DNA of 64,000 nt. Origin: a bacterium (GTDB taxonomy: Bacteria > Sysuimicrobiota > Sysuimicrobiia > Sysuimicrobiales > Humicultoraceae). The notes beneath the pieces were generated by a model. The model had not been told where the DNA came from and made no database searches. It saw only the letters and a list, made by a program, of their open reading frames with translations. The DNA is taken from contig JAVHLI010000001.1 of NCBI GenBank assembly GCA_031082185.1, positions 313,980 through 377,979 on the forward strand, read 5' to 3'. Below, in pieces: positions 19,977-31,181 of this stretch. The first letter of the stretch is position 1, and every line of letters begins with the position of its first letter. The position numbers and the translations under genes are program-made.

Positions 19977-20696
19977 ATGTCGGACCATCGGACCAATCCA
20001 CAGCCCGTGCGCCGCACGAAGATCTACGAAGAGGTGGCGGCGCGTATTCGGCGCCTCATCTCCGAGGGGCGGCTTAAACCCGGAGATAAGCTCCCGCCCG
20101 AGCGCGAACTGGCCGCGGCCATGGGCGTAAGCCGCACCTCGGTCCGCGATGCCATCCGCACGCTGGAAGCGACCGGCCTGCTTGAGCCCCGGCAGGGCCA
20201 CGGCACGGTGATTCGGGAACTCTCTGCCGCCGGAGTGGTGGCGCCCATCGCATCGGCACTGTGGGTCAGTCCCGACCTCGTGGCCGATGTCATGGCCTTC
20301 CGCAAAGTGATTGAACCCGCCCTGGCCCGTCAGGCCGCCCTGCGCGCGACACCCGACGAGGTACGCCAGTTGGAGGCGATCCTCGCAGGCCAGGCGGCCC
20401 GCGTCGAGGCGGGAGGCGCCTTCCACGGCCTGATTGCGCGTGCGGCGCGCAACCAGGTGGCGCTGATGGTAGTCGAGTTGCTGATGCACCTGCTGCGCGA
20501 TGACCGCGAGCGGGCGCTTCGGGGACGGGGCCGGCCGCAGCATTCGCTGCGCGGGCACCGGCTCATCATGGAGGCCATCCGCCGGCGGGATGGTGGCGCG
20601 GCCGAACTGGCCATGCTGGCGCACCTCGAGCAGATCGAAGCGATGCTGCTTCCCGTCCGGGCGCGCGTGCCCGCGGGAACGGACGGCAGCGAGTAG
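19977..20696 (+). CDS. GntR-family transcriptional regulator, FadR/FCD subfamily
   Basis: N-terminal wHTH (IYEEVAARIRRLISEGRLKPGDKLPPERELAAAMGVSRTSVRDAIRTLEATG) plus FCD C-terminal domain. Confidence 0.8.
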   Translation: MSDHRTNPQPVRRTKIYEEVAARIRRLISEGRLKPGDKLPPERELAAAMGVSRTSVRDAIRTLEATGLLEPRQGHGTVIRELSAAGVVAPIASALWVSPDLVADVMAFRKVIEPALARQAALRATPDEVRQLEAILAGQAARVEAGGAFHGLIARAARNQVALMVVELLMHLLRDDRERALRGRGRPQHSLRGHRLIMEAIRRRDGGAAELAMLAHLEQIEAMLLPVRARVPAGTDGSE

Positions 20697-20699
20697 CCG

Positions 20700-21320
20700 T
20701 TGGGCCGCCACCACTGGCCGCGCGAGACTCGGCTGTTCTGGGCGTGGTGGGTTGCCGTGCGGGCCCTCCTTAGACCCCTCTTCTGTTTCCGGGTCGAAGG
20801 CCTCGAACGCTTTCCCGCAGGCCCTGCGGTCCTCGTCGCCAACCACCCAAGCGCGCTGGACCCCCTGTTTCTGGCCGCGGCCGTGTCCGAGCGCCTGCTG
20901 TTTCTAGCCGCGGCGGAGTTCTTCGCGCTGCCCGCGGTGGGATGGGCGATGCGGACCTACGGGTGCATACCGGTGCGCCGCGGCGAGGTGGATTCCGGTG
21001 CGGTGCGCGAGGCGCTGCGCGCGTTGGCGGCGGGGCGCAAGGTGGCGGTCTTCCCTGAAGGCCGCGTGACCCCACATCCGGATGGGCGCCCGGGGCTTCG
21101 TGGCGCCGCGCTGCTGGCCTCACGCGCCACGGTGCCGTTGATTCCGTTTGCGATCGCGGGGACTGGGCGGGTTTTCCCTCTGGGTGCTTGGTTTCCCAGG
21201 CCCGGCCGGGTGGCTGTGCGGATCGGCCCGCCGCTGCCGCCGCCTGGTGCCGAACGGGCGTCGCAGGACGCGGCCACCGAGGCGGCCATGACCTGGATCC
21301 ACGCGCACAGCGCGCGCTAG
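20700..21320 (+). CDS. 1-acyl-sn-glycerol-3-phosphate acyltransferase (PlsC/LPLAT family)
   Basis: NHPSALD (HX4D) and FPEGR motifs; TTG start tentative. Confidence 0.7.
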   Translation: MGRHHWPRETRLFWAWWVAVRALLRPLFCFRVEGLERFPAGPAVLVANHPSALDPLFLAAAVSERLLFLAAAEFFALPAVGWAMRTYGCIPVRRGEVDSGAVREALRALAAGRKVAVFPEGRVTPHPDGRPGLRGAALLASRATVPLIPFAIAGTGRVFPLGAWFPRPGRVAVRIGPPLPPPGAERASQDAATEAAMTWIHAHSAR

Positions 21321-22570
21321 CGCAGCCAGAGGATGTAGAGCAGGATGTGGGCTACGCCCACGGCCACCAGGGTGAAGGGCACGCTGATCTTCATGTAGCG
21401 GCCCAGGTCTACCCGCTCGCCGTGCTTCTCCAGAAAGCCGCAGGCGAAGACGTTGGCCGTGGCGCCGACCGGGGTAATGTTTCCGCCGCTGCCGGTGCCG
21501 ACCAGCATTCCGAACAGCAGCGGCCACGCGCTCGTCCCCAGCAGCCCGGCCAGGTCCTGGGCCACCGGAATCATCAACACCGTGAACGGCACGTTGTCCA
21601 CGAACGAAGAGATCGCCACCGAGATCCAGATCAGGGCGCCCATGGCCAGAGCAGGCGTCTTGAGCCCTGCCCCGTGCAGCAGCCCCGCGAACTCCCGCAG
21701 CAGCCCGGTGGACCGCAGCGAGTGCGCCACCACGAAGATGCCCATGATGAAGGCGAACGAGTTCCAGTCGAACTCGACGAACATCGCGCGGAACCGCCGG
21801 CGGTTGAGCAACAGCGCAGCGCCGCCGGCCGCCACGCCTACGATCCCGGGCGAGAGGCCGCGCCCGTGGCCGAAGGCCAGGATTGCGACCGAGACCACGA
21901 ACAGGACCGTCGCCCCGTAGGTGACCGGCACCTCGTCCACCGCCAGGTCAATCCGCCTGGACATGTGGCGGAACTGGAACAGCAGGGTGAGCAACGCCGC
22001 GATGACCGCGACGACCGTCAGCGTTCCCAGCCCTATCCGCCCCTGGAACCAGTAGAAGTCCATGAACTTCATCCCGGTCTCGATGGCAAGGATGATTGAC
22101 GGCGGGTCTGCCACCATGGTCACGGTCGTGACGACGTTGGACGATATTCCTATGACGACCATGTACGGGAAGAGGGAGGTGTTCAGCCGCCTGCTGATCG
22201 CCAGCGCGATCGGCGCCATCATCAGAACCACGCCCACGTTCTCCATCCAGACGGACAGGAACGCGGTCGAGGCGGCCAGGTAGAGGATGGCGTGCTTCTC
22301 GGCGTGGGCGGCCTTCAGGATGCGCTCCGCCAGGAGCTTTGGAGCCCCGCTGTCCATGAAGGCTATCGAGACCATCATGAAGCCCCAGTAGATGCCCAGA
22401 ACGTCCCACTTCAGGGCCTGCGTGAGGACCTCGTGCGGCGTCAGGATGCGCAGCGCGACCAGCAGCACCGCCGCGGTCAGCGACACGTAGGCGATCTTGA
22501 TCCGGCGGCTCAGGGCGAGGGCGTACGTCGCGATGAAGATCGCCAGTGCCAGGATCTGTTCGAGGCTCAT
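21317..22570 (-). CDS. ArsB/NhaD-superfamily anion permease (citrate-transporter-like)
   Basis: 417 aa polytopic membrane protein, CitMHS/ArsB fold. Confidence 0.7.
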   Translation of the reverse strand: MSLEQILALAIFIATYALALSRRIKIAYVSLTAAVLLVALRILTPHEVLTQALKWDVLGIYWGFMMVSIAFMDSGAPKLLAERILKAAHAEKHAILYLAASTAFLSVWMENVGVVLMMAPIALAISRRLNTSLFPYMVVIGISSNVVTTVTMVADPPSIILAIETGMKFMDFYWFQGRIGLGTLTVVAVIAALLTLLFQFRHMSRRIDLAVDEVPVTYGATVLFVVSVAILAFGHGRGLSPGIVGVAAGGAALLLNRRRFRAMFVEFDWNSFAFIMGIFVVAHSLRSTGLLREFAGLLHGAGLKTPALAMGALIWISVAISSFVDNVPFTVLMIPVAQDLAGLLGTSAWPLLFGMLVGTGSGGNITPVGATANVFACGFLEKHGERVDLGRYMKISVPFTLVAVGVAHILLYILWLR

Positions 22571-22761
22571 TAGGGAGGGGCCTCCTAGAGTCTTGTCGCG
22601 AGAGTCTCATCGCGCGGACGGGTGAGCGGCGGCGCCGGGTCACGCCTCCGGTAACCAGCCCCCAACCTAGCAGGGCCGCATGCGGGCCGTCAACAAGGTG
22701 CACTTGTCCACGTGGCAAAAACAGCGTACTTTAGGGTAACACCTGCAGAGGAGGTAGGATA

Positions 22762-24318
22762 TTGACACGCTTGGCGCTTCGCATCTTCGTGCTGGCGCTC
22801 GTCGTCACGCTGGTGGCGATTCCGACCACCCCCACAGGGGCGCAGCAGCCCCGCCGCGGAGGGGTTCTTCGCATGGCGCACATCGGTGAGCCGCCCACCC
22901 TGGACCTGCACACGACCACGGCGCTCATCGTCCAGGACATCATGCTGCACGTCTACGAGGGGCTCTTCACGTTGAACAGCGGGTTTGCGCCGAAGCCGAT
23001 GCTGGTTGACACCTGGAAGATCAGCCCGAACCGGTTGACCTACACGTTCAATCTGCGCAAGGGCGTGCGCTTCCACCACGGCCGGGAATTGAACGGCGAC
23101 GATGTGGTGGTTTCGCTCTCGCGTTGGGGTCGACTGTCCACGCGCGGCCGGGCGCTGTTCGCGGTGACCCAGTCGCTGTCTACGCCGGACGCCCACACCA
23201 TCGTGCTCAGACTCAAGGAACCCTACGGGCTGGTCCTGGTGGACCTGGCCTTAGCGCTGCAGGGGGCGGTCATCTATCCTAAGGAGGTCATCGAGGAGGC
23301 CGGGGCAGGACCCGTTCGCCGCTTCATCGGTACCGGACCATACCGATTCGTCGAGTACGCACCCGACCGGCACGTACGGCTCGATCGGTTCGACGGGTAC
23401 AGCGCGCGGAGTGAGGAGCCCGATGGGTTCGCGGGCCGCAAGGTGGCATACTTCGACTCGATTTACATCGTGCCCGTTCCCGATGTAGCCGTCCGCATCG
23501 CCGGCGTCACGCGCGGCGAGTTCCAGTTCGCCGAGAGCGTGCCCCAGGATGACTTCACAAGGCTGCAGGGCGATCCCAACCTGGTGCCCTTTGTCCCGCC
23601 GGTGCCGCTGTGGCTGACCACCGTGTTCAACAAGCGGTCCGGTCCGTTTGTCAACCCCAAGATGCGGCAGGCATGGCTGGCAGCCCTGGACATGGAAGCG
23701 ATCATGCGCGGGACGTTCGGCAACCCGAAGTTCTGGCGTCTGGATCCGGCGCTGCTCCCGAAGCCGCACTACATGTGGACCGACGTCGGCAAGGAGCGGT
23801 ACAACCAGAAGAACACCGAGCGGGCGCGCCAGCTCCTGACCGAGGCGGGGTACCGCGGCGAGCCGATCAAGTGGATGACCACCATGGAGTACCAGGCCTA
23901 CGGGATTTCGGCCCAGATCGCCAAGCCGATGTTGGAGCGGGCGGGTTTCGTGTTCGACTTCCAGGTGGTGGACTGGGCGACGCTGATCTCGCGTCGGGCG
24001 CGGCCGGAGCTTTGGGACGCGCTCAACACAGCGCAGCTCACCTTCCCTGACCCCACGCAGGTGCTGGTGCTCAGCTCGACCTGGCCGGGTTGGTACGAGA
24101 GCCGCGACATGCAGGCGATGATGACGCTGCTCGCCCGGCACACCGACCCGAAGGTCCGCATGGATATCTGGAAGCGCGCGCAGCGACTGTTTTGGGAGGA
24201 CGTGCCGGCTATCAAGTACGGCGACTACTTCCCACTGCACCTGCACCGGAAGGAGCTGAAGGGTTACACCGGACAGCCCGGGCACGCATTCTGGAACGTG
24301 TGGTGGGAGGGGCGATAG
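22762..24318 (+). CDS. ABC transporter substrate-binding protein, family 5 (peptide/nickel/opine, DppA/OppA-like)
   Basis: Signal peptide and SBP_bac_5 architecture, 518 aa; TTG start preceded by GAGGAGG. Confidence 0.8.
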   Translation: MTRLALRIFVLALVVTLVAIPTTPTGAQQPRRGGVLRMAHIGEPPTLDLHTTTALIVQDIMLHVYEGLFTLNSGFAPKPMLVDTWKISPNRLTYTFNLRKGVRFHHGRELNGDDVVVSLSRWGRLSTRGRALFAVTQSLSTPDAHTIVLRLKEPYGLVLVDLALALQGAVIYPKEVIEEAGAGPVRRFIGTGPYRFVEYAPDRHVRLDRFDGYSARSEEPDGFAGRKVAYFDSIYIVPVPDVAVRIAGVTRGEFQFAESVPQDDFTRLQGDPNLVPFVPPVPLWLTTVFNKRSGPFVNPKMRQAWLAALDMEAIMRGTFGNPKFWRLDPALLPKPHYMWTDVGKERYNQKNTERARQLLTEAGYRGEPIKWMTTMEYQAYGISAQIAKPMLERAGFVFDFQVVDWATLISRRARPELWDALNTAQLTFPDPTQVLVLSSTWPGWYESRDMQAMMTLLARHTDPKVRMDIWKRAQRLFWEDVPAIKYGDYFPLHLHRKELKGYTGQPGHAFWNVWWEGR

Positions 24319-24338
24319 GGCACCAACCTGAGGTTCGA

Positions 24339-24367
24339 TTGACGCGTTTGTGAGCGCGTGCTATTAT
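24339..24367 (+). promoter_or_regulatory. Sigma70-type promoter for SAM-riboswitch/metY-metA operon
   Basis: TTGACG - 17 nt - TATTAT immediately upstream of the riboswitch. Confidence 0.6.
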
Positions 24368-24385
24368 CGCGCCTAACTGAATAGC

Positions 24386-24490
24386 TGCTCTTATCAAGAG
24401 TGGGTGAGGGACGGGCCCGATGACCCCCGGCAACCTGCCAGTCAGGTAAGGTGCCAACCCCCGCGGGAACTAGTTCCGGCGGATAAGAGG
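24386..24490 (+). promoter_or_regulatory. SAM-I (S-box) riboswitch
   Basis: CTCTTATCAAGAGTGGGTGAGGGACGGGCCCGATGACCCCCGGCAACC...GGTGCCAACCCCCGCGGGAAC...GGATAAGAGG matches the S-box consensus. Confidence 0.85.
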
Positions 24491-24495
24491 GATGA

Positions 24496-25863
<1,368 letters not shown>

Positions 25864-25925
25864 GCGCGTGCCATGCGCCCTTCTGCTCTACCGCCTAGTG
25901 GAAAGAGGGCGAGATGAGGTGGGCA

Positions 25926-26852
25926 ATGCCAGTACGAATCTCTGACGACCTGCCGGCCAAGGACGTGCTGATGAGCGAGAACATCTTCGTGATGGAAGAG
26001 CGACGGGCCCTGCACCAAGATATCCGACCCCTCGAGATCGCCGTGCTCAACCTGATGCCGACAAAGATCGCCACCGAAACCCAGCTTCTCCGCCTGCTGG
26101 GAAACACGCCGCTGCAGATCAACATCACGCTCTTCTATCCCGACTCTTACCAGCCCAAGAACACTCCTGCAGAGCACCTGCTGGCCTTCTATCAGCCTTT
26201 CGCCCAGATACGTGAGCGCAAGTTTGACGGGTTGGTGATCACCGGTGCGCCCGTCGAGCATCTGCCGTTCGAGGAGGTTGACTACTGGCAGGAGTTGCAG
26301 GAGATCATGGACTGGTCACTCAGCCATGTATTTGCCGCGCTGCACATCTGCTGGGGAGCGCAGGCGGCACTGTACTATCACTACGGGATTCCCAAGCATC
26401 CCCTTCCCGTGAAGCAGTTTGGGGTCTTCGAACACTATGTGACCCGCCAGAACATCAAGCTGCTGCGTGGCTTTGACGACACATTCTACGCGCCGCATTC
26501 TCGCCATACCGAGGTGGAGAGCGAGGCCATTGCGCGGGTGTCAGATCTGGAGATCCTGTCTCAGTCGAGGGGCTCCGGGGTCTATCTAATCATCTCACGC
26601 GACGGCCATCAGGTATTCGTTCTAGGCCATCCGGAGTACGACTCGCTAACCCTACACGGGGAATACCAGCGCGATCTTCGGCGAGGGCTGCCGATTACAA
26701 TCCCCAGGAACTACTACCAGGATGACGCCCCCGACCGGCCGCCGGTTGTTCGCTGGCGGGGGCACGCCAATCTGTTGTATTCGAATTGGTTGAACTACTA
26801 CGTGTACCAGGAAACCCCATACGACCTACGCCGTATTCCGCACGGTTCGTAG
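25926..26852 (+). CDS. metA: Homoserine O-acyltransferase, MetA family
   Basis: [15 protein letters not shown]...[14 protein letters not shown]...[10 protein letters not shown]; GAGGTG upstream. Confidence 0.85.
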   Translation: MPVRISDDLPAKDVLMSENIFVMEERRALHQDIRPLEIAVLNLMPTKIATETQLLRLLGNTPLQINITLFYPDSYQPKNTPAEHLLAFYQPFAQIRERKFDGLVITGAPVEHLPFEEVDYWQELQEIMDWSLSHVFAALHICWGAQAALYYHYGIPKHPLPVKQFGVFEHYVTRQNIKLLRGFDDTFYAPHSRHTEVESEAIARVSDLEILSQSRGSGVYLIISRDGHQVFVLGHPEYDSLTLHGEYQRDLRRGLPITIPRNYYQDDAPDRPPVVRWRGHANLLYSNWLNYYVYQETPYDLRRIPHGS

Positions 26853-26868
26853 GAGGAAAGCAGAGACC

Positions 26869-26898
26869 TTGCCCGCTGTTTCTGCGCCATGCTAGACT
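26869..26898 (+). promoter_or_regulatory. Sigma70-type promoter for proS leader
   Basis: TTGCCC - 18 nt - TAGACT. Confidence 0.5.
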
Positions 26899-26904
26899 CA
26901 CCGT

Positions 26905-27083
26905 ACAGTTGGCGATGACGGGGCCAACCCACCCCTGAGCCGCGGCCGAGAAAGCCGCCGGGCGCGCCCGATAAACGCGGCAAGTGCCGGTCCTCCGCCG
27001 CAGGCGCCGGGCCGGAACAAGGGTGGTACCGCGGGAGCCTCCCGTCCCTTGGGGTGGGGGGCCATATCGTTTCAGGGGGATGT
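26905..27083 (+). promoter_or_regulatory. T-box leader RNA upstream of proS
   Basis: Conserved T-box sequence AACAAGGGTGGTACCGCGGGAG ~50 nt before the start codon; upstream GAUGA K-turn-like element in a putative stem I; no U-tract terminator, so possibly translational. Confidence 0.6.
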
Positions 27084-28526
27084 ATGTCAACCGAGGGCCA
27101 GACGTTTGTCAAGGAGATTCCCAGCAAGTCCGAGCAGTTCTCGGACTGGTACACCGCCGTCGCCCTCAAGGCCGAGTTGGCCGACTACTCACCGGTGCGC
27201 GGGTGCATGGTCATCCGGCCCTACGGCTACGCGCTGTGGGAAGGCATCCAGCGCTGGTTGGACGAGCGGTTCAAGGCGACCGGTCACGTCAACGCCTACT
27301 TCCCGCTGTTCGTCCCTGAGTCGTTCCTCAAAAAGGAAGCCGAGCACGTTGAGGGATTCGCTCCCCAGGTCGCCTGGGTAACCCACGGCGGCGATGAGGA
27401 ACTGGCCGAACGGCTGGCGGTGCGGCCGACCTCCGAGGCGATCATCCTGCCGATGTACGCCAAGTGGATCCAGTCGTACCGCGACCTGCCGGTGCTGCTG
27501 CTGCAGTGGAACAGCGTGGTGCGCTGGGAGAAGTCCACACGGCTGTTCCTGCGGACCAGCGAGTTCCTCTGGCACGAAGGGCACACGGCGCACGCCACGC
27601 TGGAGGAGGCCGACCAGGAGTGCCTGACAATCCTGGAGATCTACCGGCAGTTGCTCGAGGACGTGCTGGCCATCCCCGTCCTGGTGGGCCGCAAGTCGCC
27701 GACCGAGAAGTTCGCCGGTGCCGACTGGACCTACACGCTGGAGGCGTTGATGCCCGACCGCCAGGCCCTGCAGGTCGGAACCAGCCACTTCCTCGGCCAG
27801 AACTTCGCCAAGGCCTTCGGCGTGAAGTTCCTCGACCGCGACAACACCGAGAAGTTCGTCTGGTCCACCTCGTGGGCGGTCTCGACGCGCCTGATCGGCT
27901 CGCTCATCATGGCGCATGGCGACGACCGTGGGCTGGGCCTGCCGCCTCGCATCGCGCCGATCCAGGTTGTGATCGTTCCGATCCTCGGCAAGGGCAATGA
28001 GCGCGTCCTGGCCGCCGCCCGGGGGCTCGCGGATCGCCTGGGGAAGGTGGCGAGAGTGCGGCTGGACGACCGCGATGAGTACACGCCCGGCTGGAAGTTC
28101 AACGAATGGGAGATGCGGGGCGTGCCGCTCCGCCTGGAGATCGGGCCGCGGGACGTGGCAGCCGGCGCCGCGGTGATGGTGAAGCGGACCGGCGGCGGCA
28201 AGACGACCGTCGCGCAGGACGGCATCGAGCAGGTTGTGCTCGCGGCGCTGGAGGACGTGCAGAAGGACTACTTCGGCAGGGCCAAGGCGTTCATGGATGA
28301 GCACACGGTCTCCGCCGAGACGATTGAGCAGCTCGCGGAAGCGATCCGGGACCGGCGTGGGTTCGTGCGCACCGGGTGGTGCCAGGAGCAGGCGTGCGAG
28401 GACGCCATCCGCGAGAGGACAGGCGCCTCGCCGCGGGTCACCCCGCTGCACGACGCCCCGGAGGGGACCTGTCCGGCGTGTGGCAAACCCTCGACCGCAA
28501 CTGTGTACTACGCGCGGGCGTACTGA
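27084..28526 (+). CDS. proS: Proline--tRNA ligase, archaeal/eukaryotic-type class II
   Basis: ~480 aa ProRS lacking bacterial INS domain, C-terminal YYARAY; GGGGGA upstream. Confidence 0.85.
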   Translation: MSTEGQTFVKEIPSKSEQFSDWYTAVALKAELADYSPVRGCMVIRPYGYALWEGIQRWLDERFKATGHVNAYFPLFVPESFLKKEAEHVEGFAPQVAWVTHGGDEELAERLAVRPTSEAIILPMYAKWIQSYRDLPVLLLQWNSVVRWEKSTRLFLRTSEFLWHEGHTAHATLEEADQECLTILEIYRQLLEDVLAIPVLVGRKSPTEKFAGADWTYTLEALMPDRQALQVGTSHFLGQNFAKAFGVKFLDRDNTEKFVWSTSWAVSTRLIGSLIMAHGDDRGLGLPPRIAPIQVVIVPILGKGNERVLAAARGLADRLGKVARVRLDDRDEYTPGWKFNEWEMRGVPLRLEIGPRDVAAGAAVMVKRTGGGKTTVAQDGIEQVVLAALEDVQKDYFGRAKAFMDEHTVSAETIEQLAEAIRDRRGFVRTGWCQEQACEDAIRERTGASPRVTPLHDAPEGTCPACGKPSTATVYYARAY

Positions 28527-28557
28527 TGCCGACCGGTTGCGGCGGGTCACTCGGGCG

Positions 28558-29343
28558 ATGAAGCACCTGGCCTTGCGCCGCCCGCTCGTCTTTCTCGACC
28601 TGGAGACCACGGGCGTCAACCCCGCTTCCGACCGCATCGTAGAGATTGGCCTGACAAAGGTCCATCCCGATGGCCGGCGTGAAACGCTGACCCGCCGAGT
28701 GAATCCAGGGATGCCGATTCCTCCCGCTTCCACCCGCATACACGGGATCACCGACACCGATGTGGCCGGAGTGCCGCGGTTTGCGCAGATCGCCGCCGAG
28801 GTGGTGGGTTTCATCGGAGACGCCGATCTGGCCGGTTTCAACGTCCAACGGTTCGACATTCCGGTGCTCCACCGCGAACTGGCGATGGCCGGCGCGCGCC
28901 TGGATATGGAGGGCCGCGCGGTCGTGGACGCGCAGGTGATCTTCCACCGAAAGGAACCGCGCGACCTGACCGCCGCCTTCAGGTACTACTGCGGCAGGGA
29001 GCTGGAGGGAGCCCACGGCGCCCAGGTGGACGTTGAGGCGTGCGTGGAGATCCTAGACGCCCAACTCGCGGCTTATCCCGACCTGCCGAGAGCCCCGCAG
29101 GAACTCGCAGACCTGTTCAACCCGCGCGATCCCAACGCGATAGATCCCGATGGAAAGTTCGTGTGGGAGCGCGGGGAAGCAGTCTTGATGTTCGGGCCGG
29201 ACGGTGTGCGCGGCCGGTCCCTGCGCGATCTGGCGGAGAAGGATCGGGGGTTCCTGGAATGGATCCTGCGCAAGGAGTTCGGCCCGGAGGTCAAGGCGAT
29301 CGTGCAGGAGGCGCTCCTGGGCCGGTTCCCGACCCGGCAGTAG
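28558..29343 (+). CDS. 3'-5' exonuclease, DnaQ-like (DEDDh)
   Basis: VFLDLETTG Exo I motif, H-x4-D near C-terminus; trimmed from ORF 28234..29343. Confidence 0.7.
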   Translation: MKHLALRRPLVFLDLETTGVNPASDRIVEIGLTKVHPDGRRETLTRRVNPGMPIPPASTRIHGITDTDVAGVPRFAQIAAEVVGFIGDADLAGFNVQRFDIPVLHRELAMAGARLDMEGRAVVDAQVIFHRKEPRDLTAAFRYYCGRELEGAHGAQVDVEACVEILDAQLAAYPDLPRAPQELADLFNPRDPNAIDPDGKFVWERGEAVLMFGPDGVRGRSLRDLAEKDRGFLEWILRKEFGPEVKAIVQEALLGRFPTRQ

Positions 29344-29350
29344 GCCGGTG

Positions 29351-29824
29351 ATGTCTTCCGCCACCGATCGCGTGCACCAGGCGCTATCTGCACTGGGCCT
29401 CTCCGTGCAGATACAGGAGTTCCCGCAGGGAACGCGCACGGCGCAGGATGCGGCCGGCGCGATCGGCACCACGCTCGGCCAGATCGTGAAGTCCCTGGTG
29501 TTCCTGGCGGACGGGCTGCCGGTGCTGGTCCTGGCCTCGGGCAAGAACAGGGTAGATGCGGGGAAGCTCGCCCGCGCCGCCGGTGCTGCGCGGATCGAAC
29601 GCGCCGACGCCGAGCGGGTCCGCGCGGCCACCGGGTTTGCGATCGGCGGCGTCCCACCCGTGGGGCACGCCACGCCGCTGGAAACGTACATAGACGAAGA
29701 CCTGCTCGCGTACGAGATCGTCTACGCGGCGGCCGGCACGCCGAATGCGATCTTCCCCATCACCCCGCCCGATTTGGTGAGGGTGACCGGCGGCCGGATC
29801 GCGGAGCTTGCCCCGCCGCAGTAG
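29351..29824 (+). CDS. ybaK: YbaK/ProX-type aminoacyl-tRNA trans-editing deacylase
   Basis: YbaK/ProX deacylase-domain similarity (MSSATDRVHQALSALG...IGGVPPVGH); immediately downstream of proS. Confidence 0.7.
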   Translation: MSSATDRVHQALSALGLSVQIQEFPQGTRTAQDAAGAIGTTLGQIVKSLVFLADGLPVLVLASGKNRVDAGKLARAAGAARIERADAERVRAATGFAIGGVPPVGHATPLETYIDEDLLAYEIVYAAAGTPNAIFPITPPDLVRVTGGRIAELAPPQ

Positions 29825-29846
29825 CCGAAACAGAAGAGGTGACCGG

Positions 29847-31181
29847 ATGCACTTCCTGCGTCGTCGCGTCGTTTCGATCCTGCTCGTGCTCGCCGTCTGT
29901 GCGCTTGCACCCGCGCCGGCCATGGGGCAGCCGGCGGCGCCGTCGGGCGAGGCGGCGTTTGCGCACGTGCAGCACCTCGCAGGCGTGATCGGGCCCCGAC
30001 CCACTGGGACGCCATCCGAGCGTCAGGCCGCGGAGTACCTGGCAGCGCAGTTCCGCCAGTTCGGGTATCAGGTAGACCTCCATTCGTTCCGGTTCCCGTA
30101 CTTCGAGGCACGGCGGGTCGAGCTGCAGCAGTTGGGCGCGGCCTCCCGTCCGGTACCTGCCATGGCGTTCTTCTACTCAGCGCCCAGCGCGCCCGGAGGC
30201 CTCGAGGCCGACGTCGTGCACGTCGGGTTGGGCCGGCCGTTGGACTACGAGGGGCGGCAGGTTACAGGTGCGATCGCGCTGGTGGCCCGCGGCTCGATCA
30301 CCTTCGGCGATAAAGCGACCAACGCGGCTGCGCGCGGCGCTGTGGCAGTGGTGATCTACAACAACCAGCCCGAAGGAATCATGGCAGGGGTGCTGACCCA
30401 ACCATCGCGTATTCCGGCCGTGGCGATTTCCAACGAAGACGGCGTCCGCCTGATCGAGGCGGCGCAGCAGGGGCGTCTCCGTGTCCGCCTGCTCGTGGAC
30501 GCGGTGCTCGAGACGCGCTCTACCGTAAACGTTGTGGCCACCAAGCGGGGCGTGGCGCGACCAGAGGAGATCATAGTGGTCGGGGCTCACTATGACTCGG
30601 TGCCGGGTAGTCCCGGCGCCAACGACAACGCGTCCGGGGTTGCGGTCGTGCTCGAGGCGGCGCGCGTGCTTGCCGGTACGCCCACCCCGCGCACCGTACA
30701 GTTCGTCCTGTTCGCGGCAGAGGAGCTGGGCCTGTTCGGATCGGTCGCGTTCGCGGACGAGCGCCGGAGGGGCGTCGTTGCCATGATCAACATAGACATG
30801 GTGGGATGGGGGAGCACCCTGATGGCGGGCAGCTCGCCGGGACGCGACGAGGCCATGGTGAACGCCGCGATCGAGGTGGCGCGGGCGCTTGGGATCTCCG
30901 CCAGCCGGTTCCGGATGGCGGGCAGCGATCATGCCAGCTTCGAGCGGGTGGGGATCCCCGCCGTCCTCCTGCACCGCGGGGTGGATCCGCACTACCACCG
31001 ACCGACCGACCTGCCGGCCATCGTGGATCCAAGGAACCTGGAGGAAGCGGCCCGATTGGTTGTGGGGATGCTGCTACATCCAGCGCTCCCGTCCGCGGTA
31101 GTAGACCGCCGGCGCATCGGGGTGGCGGCGCCGGAACTCCCTATATTGCCGCAGCAGGTGCCGGTAGCGCGCGTCGGATGA
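29847..31181 (+). CDS. M28-family aminopeptidase with PA domain, secreted
   Basis: Signal peptide, HYDSV...GANDNASG...EE motifs of M28 zinc peptidases; AGAGGTG upstream. Confidence 0.75.
   Translation: MHFLRRRVVSILLVLAVCALAPAPAMGQPAAPSGEAAFAHVQHLAGVIGPRPTGTPSERQAAEYLAAQFRQFGYQVDLHSFRFPYFEARRVELQQLGAASRPVPAMAFFYSAPSAPGGLEADVVHVGLGRPLDYEGRQVTGAIALVARGSITFGDKATNAAARGAVAVVIYNNQPEGIMAGVLTQPSRIPAVAISNEDGVRLIEAAQQGRLRVRLLVDAVLETRSTVNVVATKRGVARPEEIIVVGAHYDSVPGSPGANDNASGVAVVLEAARVLAGTPTPRTVQFVLFAAEELGLFGSVAFADERRRGVVAMINIDMVGWGSTLMAGSSPGRDEAMVNAAIEVARALGISASRFRMAGSDHASFERVGIPAVLLHRGVDPHYHRPTDLPAIVDPRNLEEAARLVVGMLLHPALPSAVVDRRRIGVAAPELPILPQQVPVARVG

Noticed and set aside
19902-20846. N-terminal 315 aa of the 469-aa minus-strand ORF 19437..20846
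   Set aside because: This part is antisense to the well-supported FadR-type GntR gene and Arg/Gly-rich; only the C-terminal 154-aa membrane protein with its own SD is kept.
22571-22761. Divergent intergenic region with CCACGTGG palindrome
   Set aside because: Only an 8-bp palindrome, no extended symmetry or repeat; insufficient to call a regulatory site.
23251-24285. 344-aa minus-strand ORF
   Set aside because: Antisense to the family-5 SBP gene; no recognisable domains.
27189-28859. 556-aa minus-strand ORF
   Set aside because: Antisense to proS and the DnaQ-like exonuclease, both strongly supported; R/P/G-rich.
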